Part shown: in pieces, positions 10,166 through 18,162 of the stretch | How positions within the stretch are numbered: position 1 is the first letter of the stretch | Layout of the letters: each line of letters opens with the position of its first letter | Assembly: GCA_046759165.1 (NCBI GenBank) | Contig: JBHIBS010000005.1 | Coordinates: 1 to 54,885, forward strand | DNA: 54,885 nucleotides | Source: a bacterium | GTDB lineage: Bacteria > UBA6262 > WVXT01 | Reading direction: 5' to 3' | The notes under the pieces: model-generated | Databases searched by the model: none | Told to the model about the DNA's origin: nothing | What the model saw: the letters and a program-made list of their open reading frames with translations, nothing else | Position numbers and translations under genes: made by a program

Positions 10166-11170
10166 TTAAGCTACAGCAACTTTCTTCAGGAGTCTATCTA
10201 TTACCTCATCGGTGCGCACGCCTTCAGCCTCTGCATTAAAGTTCAGTATGATACGATGGCGTAGGGCCGGATGAGCTAAGGCCTTGATATCTTCTACCGA
10301 GATATTGAACCGACCATTAAGGATTGCTCTTGCTTTTCCTCCTAAGATTAAGTTTTGTGAGGCCCTGGGGCTTGCTCCCCAACTGAGCCACCTTTTGATG
10401 AATTCTGGAGCCTTGGGTGAAGATGGTCGGGTGGCCGTCACCAAATTTACTGCATACTCAACCACATGATCAGATGCGGGAACTTTTCGCACAATCTCCT
10501 GCAGATCAATTATCTCTTTAGCATTGAGAGCCTTTATTAATTTTGCCTGAAAACTGGAGGTGGTCCTGGTGACGATCTCCTTCTCCTCTTCATACTTAGG
10601 ATAGTCTATATTCACCTCAAAGAAGAAGCGATCGAGCTGGGCTTCTGGCAAGGGGTATGTCCCTTCCTGCTCAATGGGATTCTGTGTAGCCAAAACGAAG
10701 AAGGGAGGTTCTAAAGGGTAGGTATTTCCACTGGCAGTAACCTTATACTCTTGCATAGCCTGTAGGAGAGCAGATTGAGTTTTGGGAGGAGTACGATTAA
10801 TCTCGTCCGCCAAAATTATGTTGGCAAAGATGGGTCCCTTGATGAAACGGAAACTTCTCTTTCCCGTTGAAATATTCTCTTCAATCACATCTGTTCCCGT
10901 AATATCAGAGGGCATAAGATCCGGAGTAAATTGGATTCTCTGGAATTTCAAATCGACAATTTGAGCAATTGTAGAAATCAACATTGTCTTGGCGAGACCA
11001 GGCACGCCTACAATCAGACAGTGGCCTCGGGCAAAAAGAGCGATCAGGAGCTGTTCAATCACCTCATCCTGGCCCACAATTATCTTATGGAGCTGTTCCA
11101 GAATCGATTTCCGCCCCTGGGCTAGCTTCTCCACTAACTTCAAGTCTTCTTTTTCCTCTGGCTTAACCAT
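10166..11170 (-). CDS. moxR: MoxR family AAA+ ATPase
   Basis: GVPGLAKT, RIQFTPDLMPSD, DEINRTPPKTQSALL, ATQNPIEQEGTYPLPEAQLDRF. Start placed at ATG 11170, which follows a purine-rich GGAAGGA SD. Confidence 0.93.
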   Translation of the reverse strand: MVKPEEKEDLKLVEKLAQGRKSILEQLHKIIVGQDEVIEQLLIALFARGHCLIVGVPGLAKTMLISTIAQIVDLKFQRIQFTPDLMPSDITGTDVIEENISTGKRSFRFIKGPIFANIILADEINRTPPKTQSALLQAMQEYKVTASGNTYPLEPPFFVLATQNPIEQEGTYPLPEAQLDRFFFEVNIDYPKYEEEKEIVTRTTSSFQAKLIKALNAKEIIDLQEIVRKVPASDHVVEYAVNLVTATRPSSPKAPEFIKRWLSWGASPRASQNLILGGKARAILNGRFNISVEDIKALAHPALRHRIILNFNAEAEGVRTDEVIDRLLKKVAVA

Positions 11171-11305
11171 AAGATTCCTTCCATCTAACTTTATTATTAT
11201 TATAGCCCATTTCTCCCGGCTTTTCAAGGCGAATTTTGATTCTTAGTGTCGAGAACTTCAAGCACCTTTTTGCTCTCACTGAAAATCTCAGCAATTTTAA
11301 TCAGA

Positions 11306-11341
11306 TCATTGCGAGCGACTGCTTCGCTCCTGGCAATGACA
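11306..11341. repeat. Internally deleted GTCATT-type REP copy
   Basis: TCATTGCGAGCGACTG is fused directly to CTTCGCTCCTGGCAATGACA, the two arms of the IS target repeat. A GTAG-type palindrome follows at about 11350-11377. Confidence 0.7.
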
Positions 11342-11439
11342 GTCAAACAGAGCAAAGCTTGCGCTTTGCGGCTACATGAAATGAAGACAGTGGTGGAGCG
11401 AAGCTGTGCTTTATTGATCTAATTCGGATGGGCCCTTAT

Positions 11440-12342
11440 CTAACCCCGGGGATGGAATTTCTTGTGGAGGTCTTTCAGACGCTCGCGGCTTAGGTGAGTA
11501 TATAGCTGAGTGGAGGAGATATTTTCATGTCCCAACATCTCTTGAATTGAACGCAGATCAGCACCACGTTCCAAAAGATGGGTGGCAAAAGAGTGTCTCA
11601 ATGTGTGGGGTGTTATCTCTTTACTTATTCCAGAAAGATTAGCGTATCTCTTTATTATCTTCCAGAATCCCACACGAGAAAATTTCCTGCCCGAAGGATT
11701 CAAAAATAGAATCTGCGGCTGCCTCGTAGATGGCTTCGAGAGTGCTTTATGGAAAGACCTTACCTTTTTCAGATAGAGATTTATGAACTTGACTGCCTTA
11801 GAACCGATGGGAACGATGCGTTCTTTCCCCCGTTTGCCAATGCAACGCAAATAGTCCAATTGAAGGTTAACATCTTCCAATTTAAGATTGACAATCTCTG
11901 AGACCCTCATCCCAGTGGCATAGAGAAGTTCAATTATTGCCCTGTCTCTGATCCCTGCGTGAGTAGTAAGGTCAGGAGCATTGAACAATGCTTCCACTTC
12001 GGCAAAAGTCAACACTCCAGGTAGCCTCAGGCCGAGGTGTGGGGAATCTAAGTTCTGAGTTGGATCCGTTTCACAGTAGTTATCTGATACTAAGAAACGA
12101 TGGAACATCTTGATTGAAGTTATTACTCGGGCTAACGAGGAGGGAGATAGATATCTCCTTTTAATCAGTAAGAACTCCATCAGGTCGCTATGCGTGATTC
12201 GAGAGACAATTTTGTGATTCTCTCCTAAATATGCGAGATAATGTGAGAGGTCTCTCTGGTAAGCTAACTTAGTATTTTTTGACAGACCTTTTTCCACATC
12301 TATGTAGTTGATAAATTCGCGCAAAAGGTGAGAATTTTTCAT
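11440..12342 (-). CDS. xerD: Tyrosine recombinase XerD
   Basis: RDRAIIELLYATGMRVSE, HTLRHSFATHLLERGADLR, LGH; C-terminus FHPRG. Confidence 0.88.
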   Translation of the reverse strand: MKNSHLLREFINYIDVEKGLSKNTKLAYQRDLSHYLAYLGENHKIVSRITHSDLMEFLLIKRRYLSPSSLARVITSIKMFHRFLVSDNYCETDPTQNLDSPHLGLRLPGVLTFAEVEALFNAPDLTTHAGIRDRAIIELLYATGMRVSEIVNLKLEDVNLQLDYLRCIGKRGKERIVPIGSKAVKFINLYLKKVRSFHKALSKPSTRQPQILFLNPSGRKFSRVGFWKIIKRYANLSGISKEITPHTLRHSFATHLLERGADLRSIQEMLGHENISSTQLYTHLSRERLKDLHKKFHPRG

Positions 12343-12953
12343 GTTATAAAGGGATTACTATGGAGTTCCTGACCAACCGTGGTCGATGGACCGTGGCCAG
12401 GGTATATGGTTAAATTTTCATCTAAGGACAAAATCCTCTTTATTGAATTTAAAAGTGCCTCCTGAGAACCACCTGGCAAGTCGCTTCGACCGATCGAGCC
12501 TGAGAACAGGGTGTCACCGGTAAAGATGGAATCATCTGTCAAAAGAGAGATTCCTCCGGGCGTATGTCCGGGGGTGTGGAGAACCTCCAACTTCATGCCG
12601 GCGCATTCGATTAAGTCTCCATCTTTTATGAGACTGTCTGCTGGAGGCGAAGAATATTCTAAAGCGGAGATCGGAAGAAGAACGCTCTCGCTTTTTGTAA
12701 GCATTAAAGCGTCATATTGATGAATCAAGATTGGAGCATTAGTGTACTCTTTGACCTTCCGGTTGGCGCCTACGTGGTCTGGATGTCCATGAGTATTGAT
12801 GATATAGAGAATGGAGATCTTCTCTTGTTTAATAAATTTAATTAGCCGCGATCCTTCCGCGCCGGGGTCAATAATCAATCCCTCTCTTCTATCAGGATTA
12901 TAAACAATATAACAATTGGCCTCGATGGGGCCAACTGTGAATGTCTTCAGCAT
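12339..12953 (-). CDS. MBL-fold metallo-hydrolase (glyoxalase II-like)
   Basis: THGHPDHVG, TPGHTPG, TGDTLF and PGHG motifs. Confidence 0.9.
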   Translation of the reverse strand: MLKTFTVGPIEANCYIVYNPDRREGLIIDPGAEGSRLIKFIKQEKISILYIINTHGHPDHVGANRKVKEYTNAPILIHQYDALMLTKSESVLLPISALEYSSPPADSLIKDGDLIECAGMKLEVLHTPGHTPGGISLLTDDSIFTGDTLFSGSIGRSDLPGGSQEALLNSIKRILSLDENLTIYPGHGPSTTVGQELHSNPFIT

Positions 12954-12959
12954 ATTCTA

Positions 12960-13967
12960 TTAAGCTTCTTTTCCCGACTTGAGTAGTTTTTCCCTTAGAA
13001 TTTCCTCAATTTCCTTGGCGACCTCTGGATTTTTTTTCAGGTAGGACCTGGCGTTTTCTCTTCCCTGACCTATTCTGTTCCCTTTGTAAGAAAACCAGGT
13101 TCCACTCTTCTCAATCACATCATTTTCCAGCGCAACATCCAAAAGGGAACCCTCTCTCGAGATACCCTCATTATACATCATATCAAACTCTGCACGTCGG
13201 AAAGGTGGAGCCACCTTATTTTTGGATACTTTAACTCTTACGCGGTTACCCACATCCACATCTCCAGCCTTAATAGACCCTATGCGACGGATGTCCAGTC
13301 TAACGGAAGAATAGAACTTCAACGCCCTTCCTCCCGGAGTTGTCTCTGGACTGCCAAACATCACACCTATCTTCTCTCTTATTTGATTGATAAAGATTAC
13401 GCAGGTCTTGGATTTAGATATGGCGGCAGTAAGTTTCCTGAGAGCCTGGGACATCAACCTTGCCTGTAAACCGACCTGCGCGTCGCCCATTTCACCTTCG
13501 ATTTCCGCCCTGGGCACCAGGGCAGCTACACTATCGATCGCAACCACATCGACTGCTGCACTGCGAACCAGAGCTTCAGTAATCTCCAGAGCCTGCTCAC
13601 CGTTATCGGGCTGAGAAACCAAAAGGTTATCGATGTCAACTCCCAACTTCTTAGCATAAGCTGGATCCATCGCATGCTCAGCATCTACAAAAGCAGCTGT
13701 TCCCCCCAATCTTTGAGCATTAGCGATTATCTGGAGCGAGAGAGTGGTCTTTCCTCCGCCTTCCGGACCAAAGATTTCCACCACCCTTCCTCTGGGAACT
13801 CCTCCCACTCCCAAAGCTATATCTAATGATAAGGCACCAGTGGGAATCACTTCGACTTCCGACTTATAAGCCTCCCCACCCAACCTCATTATCGTTCCCT
13901 TCCCAAACTGTTTCTCAATCTGGGATACTGCCATTTCCAGAGCCTTTACTTTCTCATCCTTTCCCAT
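12960..13967 (-). CDS. recA: Recombinase RecA
   Basis: [58 protein letters not shown]. Confidence 0.98.
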   Translation of the reverse strand: MGKDEKVKALEMAVSQIEKQFGKGTIMRLGGEAYKSEVEVIPTGALSLDIALGVGGVPRGRVVEIFGPEGGGKTTLSLQIIANAQRLGGTAAFVDAEHAMDPAYAKKLGVDIDNLLVSQPDNGEQALEITEALVRSAAVDVVAIDSVAALVPRAEIEGEMGDAQVGLQARLMSQALRKLTAAISKSKTCVIFINQIREKIGVMFGSPETTPGGRALKFYSSVRLDIRRIGSIKAGDVDVGNRVRVKVSKNKVAPPFRRAEFDMMYNEGISREGSLLDVALENDVIEKSGTWFSYKGNRIGQGRENARSYLKKNPEVAKEIEEILREKLLKSGKEA

Positions 13968-14038
13968 TTTTTCCCCCTTTCAGGAATTGAAACATGTCAA
14001 ATTCGCTATTAGAAGATTTTGAACTTCCCAACCCCCTT

Positions 14039-14479
14039 TTATAGTCTGTGAATTATGTGTAAGATGATATTAGTTATTACGCCCGCGTAAATGTCATCAA
14101 GCATTACCCCTAGGCCTCCGGCAAGGATTTCGAACTTCTTCATCGGATATATCTTGACTACATCTAAAACCCGATAAATAACAAACCCTACAATCATCAA
14201 ACCGAGCGTTTTTGGCAGGAAGGCCATCGCAATAAAGTATCCACATATCTCATCGATAACGATTTTGGGAGAATCGACCTGGCCAAAAATGTTTTCTGCC
14301 AGGTGAGAAATCATTGTTCCGCCAATAATTAAGCATAAAACGAGCATCCAGTAGAAGGTAACCGTTGTAGGTAGAATAGCATAAAGCAGAAGTGCTAAGA
14401 GTGTCCCCATTGTCCCTGGAGCAAAGGGCGAATAGCCAACAAAAAATCCTGTAGCTAAAAATCTAATAATCCATTCCAT
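14039..14479 (-). CDS. pgpA: Phosphatidylglycerophosphatase A
   Basis: APGTMGT, IVIDEICG and GVMLDD motifs; next to pgsA. Confidence 0.92.
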   Translation of the reverse strand: MEWIIRFLATGFFVGYSPFAPGTMGTLLALLLYAILPTTVTFYWMLVLCLIIGGTMISHLAENIFGQVDSPKIVIDEICGYFIAMAFLPKTLGLMIVGFVIYRVLDVVKIYPMKKFEILAGGLGVMLDDIYAGVITNIILHIIHRL

Positions 14480-14491
14480 TTTTCCCTCTTC

Positions 14492-14592
14492 ACCGAGATA
14501 ATGTGTGAAAATACGATATTTTCTCCCAACTGAACGGCAACAGACCTTGAACTTTTGGCAAATTCACCAAGATTTTCATGCATTATCTGGGT
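14492..14592. repeat. MITE-like segment with 21-bp imperfect terminal inverted repeats
   Basis: ACCGAGATAATGTGTGAAAAT (14492-14512) against the reverse complement of 14572-14592, ACCCAGATAATGCATGAAAAT; 3 mismatches. Confidence 0.6.
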
Positions 14593-15231
14593 TCAGGTCG
14601 TGGTCTTGTTGCTTATCTCTTCAAGAAGTATATGTTTATTCTTGAAAATGTAATTGAATCCTGAAATCACGGTTAAAATGGTAACCAGAAGCATCAGCCA
14701 GTAGGGAGATCTACTTAGAATATAACCAAGAACTCTTTTCCAACCCAGAAAAGTCTGCAATTCCACAGGAGTGGTCTGCCAGTAATTCTTCAACACAACA
14801 TTGACAATCAGGATTATCAGGATAGTGATAATTACCACCATTTGCGAAGTTGTCTTAAATTTTCCAGAAAGGGAAGCCGGAATTATTGTTCCTCTGGACG
14901 CTGCCACGCTCCTCAGTCCTGTTATTATAAATTCGCGACTGATTACAAGTATAACCATCCAGGCAGGAATTGACAGCTCCCTTAACTGAACGAAAGAAAT
15001 GAAGGCAGCAGAAACTATCAATTTATCCGCAAGGGGATCTATGAACTTTCCGAAATTGGTGACTTCCTCTCGATGGCGAGCAACAATCCCATCGTACACA
15101 TCAGTGAGTGCAGCCAGAATGAAAATTAGAAGGGCTGCTACCCGGGTATAAATATTGCCCATAAACATGAACAGTATAAAAAACGGAATGGCAATAATTC
15201 TTCCAGTAGTAAGTTTGTTGGCTAAATTCAC
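14593..15231 (-). CDS. pgsA: CDP-diacylglycerol--glycerol-3-phosphate 3-phosphatidyltransferase
   Basis: NLANKLT, DVYDGIVAR...FGKFIDPLADK CDP-alcohol motif, SREFIITGLR. Confidence 0.95.
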   Translation of the reverse strand: MNLANKLTTGRIIAIPFFILFMFMGNIYTRVAALLIFILAALTDVYDGIVARHREEVTNFGKFIDPLADKLIVSAAFISFVQLRELSIPAWMVILVISREFIITGLRSVAASRGTIIPASLSGKFKTTSQMVVIITILIILIVNVVLKNYWQTTPVELQTFLGWKRVLGYILSRSPYWLMLLVTILTVISGFNYIFKNKHILLEEISNKTTT

Positions 15232-16050
15232 CTATCTTTCCTGTTCTTGCAATTCGGTTTCCAATGGTTCCACTTTTTCCACTCTCAGAGGTCCTTTCTG
15301 TTCCATCTTAATCAGACCTTTTCCTTTTAATCTGGTGAAAATCAGTTCATTAACCTTCCCCAGATCTTCAGAAATAGTATCGACATCTTTCCCATTCATA
15401 TATAGTTTGACACCATCCACATTTCCAATGCGAACATTCATTTCATTCTTTGCTACCCATCTTTTCTTTTCACCAGGAAAGAGTGTTCCTTCAAAAGAGA
15501 CCACACCGTCCCCAATCACTCGTAGCCAAGTTTTATCATTTATTTCCGCTACTATAGAAATATCTTTGGGCATACTAGTGGAGACATTTATCTTTGCCTT
15601 CACCTGTTGAGAGAGTTGCCGTGAAGCCGATTGGAGAAAAAAAATCGCGGAAAGACCCGCCCCCACAACCACTCCAATCGCCAAGATAAATGCAATGGGG
15701 CTCTTGTTGGTAAATCGGAGTGCAGCGATCCCTTCTCTGGACATCAATTTCTCTTCTGCGCCCCAACTCATCACAATAGGGAATTTAGGATTGAGGTCCA
15801 TTTTGTCTTTTTGTCCGGAATGCTCTCTCTTATAAATATGGACAAGCGATTCAGCGTCCAGCCCCAGATAACGAGCATAATTCCTGAGAAATGAGACCAC
15901 ATAAATCTTTGCTGGAAAAACATCGTATCTTTCTTTTTCCAAGGCTTCCAGGTACTTCTTAGCTATTTTCGTCTCTTCTGAAACCTGATGCAAGCTAATT
16001 TCTTTATTGCGACGAGCTTCCTGTAGTCGTTTACCGACATTTTCCGCCAT
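15232..16050 (-). CDS. rodZ: RodZ-like protein (HTH, TM, DUF4115)
   Basis: N-terminal HTH (YLEALE, FLRNYARYLGLD), single TM, C-terminal WLRV..DG / IGN domain; lolA-rodZ-pgsA synteny. Confidence 0.85.
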   Translation of the reverse strand: MAENVGKRLQEARRNKEISLHQVSEETKIAKKYLEALEKERYDVFPAKIYVVSFLRNYARYLGLDAESLVHIYKREHSGQKDKMDLNPKFPIVMSWGAEEKLMSREGIAALRFTNKSPIAFILAIGVVVGAGLSAIFFLQSASRQLSQQVKAKINVSTSMPKDISIVAEINDKTWLRVIGDGVVSFEGTLFPGEKKRWVAKNEMNVRIGNVDGVKLYMNGKDVDTISEDLGKVNELIFTRLKGKGLIKMEQKGPLRVEKVEPLETELQEQER

Positions 16051-16103
16051 TTCTGTTCCTATCAGTTTTGCAGGGGTAAAACCGTGTCCACAAATGTCAT
16101 TGA

Positions 16104-16109
16104 TATAAT
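16104..16109 (+). promoter_or_regulatory. -10 half (TATAAT) of the circle-junction promoter
   Basis: Sits 17 bp from TTGACA (17370-17375) once the two ends are joined at one TG. Confidence 0.85.
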
Positions 16110-16184
16110 GAAAAGGCTTGTCCTCCCCGAGTTATTTTAGATAAAATAACTCTAAGTGAAAATTTCCGAAAGGAGGACGAAGCC

Positions 16185-17249
16185 ATGAACGCCTATATTG
16201 GTGTAGACTTACACGAGAATTATTCATTTTTTACTGCAAAGAACAGAGATGGAAAAATTATGGCACCACTACGAAAAATTATCAATCGGGAGAGAGAAAT
16301 TTTAGACTATCTCTCGCACTTTAAAAACCCCAAAGTAACGCTTGAAGCAACACTAAATTGGTACTGGCTTGTTGACCTTTTACAGGATTATAACTACGAT
16401 GTAACACTTGCTCATCCCAAGAAGGCAAAAGCTATTGCTTCTACCAAAATAAAATCTGACAAAATAAGTTCAAAAATATTAGCCGACCTTTTACGGTCTG
16501 ATTTAATACCTGCGTGTTATATCCCGGATAGAGAAAAAAGAACACTTCGTGATTTCCTGAGACATAGAACAGTACTTGTCTCCATAAGAACTTCTCTTAA
16601 GAATCGCATCCATGCTGTACTTCGTAATTTCAACTTCCATTGTCCTTACAGTGATCTGTTTGGTAAAAGTGGCAGAACCTGGCTTAAACAGGTATCACTT
16701 CAAAGTTATTATAAAACGATTATTGATAACTTTTTAAGCCTTATCGATGCTATAGAACCAAAAATTCATGAGGTTACAAAAATTATCAAAGAACTTGCTG
16801 AAAATAATCCCCAGGCACGTTTAGTTGATGAAATACCTGGCATCGATTATTACTCCGCTCTTTTAATTGTCCTGGAAATAGGAGATATAAGAAGATTCTC
16901 TGATCGTAGACATTTTTGTTCCTATATCGGTATAGTTCCCTCATCTCACAGCTCAGGTGACATAGACTATACAGGAAAGATTACCAAAGAGGGTAACAGT
17001 TGGCTTCGCTGGATTATTATTGAAGCTGCTCAGAAATCGCAAACTTTCGTGAACAACCCATATCACTCTCTGTTTTTGAAAATATCTAATAAGAAAGGTT
17101 CAGCTATTGCCAAAGTTGCTGTTGCCAGGAAAATAGCCACAGCGATATATTATATGTTGTCAAAGAACGAACATTTTAAACTTCCGAAATCTTTAAGGTC
17201 TCAAATATCTGGGGTAAGCCCGGTGCTCGCAATAGCCCAACGAGGCTGA
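16185..17249 (+). CDS. IS110 family DEDD recombinase/transposase
   Basis: GVDLH (D8), LEAT (E54), KSDKIS (D92; fourth acidic position is Ser95), IPGI, YIGIVPSSHSSG (catalytic Ser region), KEGNSWLRW, VAVARK; GGAGG SD. Confidence 0.96.
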   Translation: MNAYIGVDLHENYSFFTAKNRDGKIMAPLRKIINREREILDYLSHFKNPKVTLEATLNWYWLVDLLQDYNYDVTLAHPKKAKAIASTKIKSDKISSKILADLLRSDLIPACYIPDREKRTLRDFLRHRTVLVSIRTSLKNRIHAVLRNFNFHCPYSDLFGKSGRTWLKQVSLQSYYKTIIDNFLSLIDAIEPKIHEVTKIIKELAENNPQARLVDEIPGIDYYSALLIVLEIGDIRRFSDRRHFCSYIGIVPSSHSSGDIDYTGKITKEGNSWLRWIIIEAAQKSQTFVNNPYHSLFLKISNKKGSAIAKVAVARKIATAIYYMLSKNEHFKLPKSLRSQISGVSPVLAIAQRG

Positions 17250-17320
17250 GTCATTGAATGGGAAACCCCTCAAGCCGAATGAATATATACTGTGCCATAG
17301 AGCACAAATAAGTGCGTGAG
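17211..17320 (+). ncRNA. Predicted bridge RNA/seekRNA with target- and donor-binding loops
   Basis: Two stem/internal-loop/hairpin modules folded by eye. Loop 1 carries GCTCGCAAT and GTCATTG (target matches); loop 2 carries TATAT and ATAAGTG (donor-junction matches). Confidence 0.78.
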
Positions 17321-17369
17321 CGAAAAACCAAAGATCTTTCTTAAATATCATAAAAATCAAAGATATCCC

Positions 17370-17375
17370 TTGACA
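17370..17375 (+). promoter_or_regulatory. -35 half (TTGACA) of the circle-junction promoter
   Basis: Outward-facing consensus -35 overlapping the right sub-terminal IR. Confidence 0.85.
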
Positions 17376-17389
17376 AGCCTTTTCATAAG

Positions 17390-17457
17390 TGCGAGCGACT
17401 GAAAGGAGCGTGGCAATCTCCAGATTTCTTCGGTTGCTTCGCTCCCTCGCAATGACA
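17390..17457. repeat. Right part of the interrupted GTCATT-type REP
   Basis: TGCGAGCGACTGAAAGGAGCGTGGCAATCTC...TTGCTTCGCTCCCTCGCAATGACA. The missing left tip TGTCAT lies at 16095-16100. Confidence 0.85.
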
Positions 17458-17508
17458 ACAAAATCATTGTAGGCACACATTCAATCTGTGCATAATTTCC
17501 AGTATTGC

Positions 17509-18162
17509 CTAAGGGGATTCGAATACTTCTGCTTGGAAAGGTATCTTAAACTCAAAAATTTCATCATCTACTTCAGGATTCTTTACGATGTTGTCCAGAT
17601 AAGTGGAAACTACTGTAAAACTATCGCTGACTTCTGTTTCCACTGGCAACCAATATTGTTTTGAAATTACGAGGATTATCTCTACCCCATCTTGATTTTT
17701 TGGGACTAATTTAATCTTATAGTTTTCTCCTTTTCCTTCTACCACTTCTTTTCTATAATTTTCCAAATCTCCAATCCTACTTGCCCAAAAGAAGAGACCT
17801 AAATTCAGTCCCATTAACTCTTCCAATCTGCCAACTGAATGGATGGAAACTTGATTATACTCAGGCAAATAGAACCAGGCCTTTTTGCCATTGCATACAA
17901 TGATTTGTGGATAAGGCTGAATGTACTCAGCGTATAGCTTATCGGGAGCTTTAAATTTTATTGAACCTTTAACCAGTTTTTTCTCGAAAGTAGCTTTTAT
18001 CAGTATTTTCTGTTCGAAGTCGAAACTCCCTGTCTCTATGTTCTTTCTTTCCCTCTCCAATTTTTTCAGAATATAGGAAATTGTGTCCTTTTGAGAAAAG
18101 CCTGGAGTAGAAATTAGAAAAGTCAAACAGAGAAAAATGGCACTTGTTTTAGTTACGTTCAT
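17509..18162 (-). CDS. lolA: Outer-membrane lipoprotein carrier LolA family protein
   Basis: Signal peptide, FEQ, PYPQIIVCNGKKAWFY.P..NQV, C-terminal FEFKIP; downstream of ftsK. Confidence 0.85.
   Translation of the reverse strand: MNVTKTSAIFLCLTFLISTPGFSQKDTISYILKKLERERKNIETGSFDFEQKILIKATFEKKLVKGSIKFKAPDKLYAEYIQPYPQIIVCNGKKAWFYLPEYNQVSIHSVGRLEELMGLNLGLFFWASRIGDLENYRKEVVEGKGENYKIKLVPKNQDGVEIILVISKQYWLPVETEVSDSFTVVSTYLDNIVKNPEVDDEIFEFKIPFQAEVFESP

Larger units (their letters stand above)
16101..17391 (+). mobile_element. IS110-family (IS1111 group) insertion sequence inserted in a REP-like palindrome
   Basis: Sub-terminal IRs ATGAAAAGGCTTGTC (16108-16122) and GACAAGCCTTTTCAT (17372-17386). 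TG core at 16101-16102 and 17390-17391. Flanks rejoin to TGTCATTGCGAGCGACTGAAAGG. Confidence 0.93.

Noticed and set aside
11440-12342. Tyrosine recombinases (here and at 45276-46196) as phage or island integrases
   Set aside because: Length, motifs and housekeeping context fit XerD and XerC; no att sites or phage genes were seen.
17345-17350. ATATCA as an alternative donor guide (reverse complement of TGATAT)
   Set aside because: A 6-mer in AT-rich sequence outside the two-loop structure; likely chance.
17193-17480. 95-aa minus-strand ORF
   Set aside because: It spans the IS right end and the REP across the insertion junction, so it is a chance frame.
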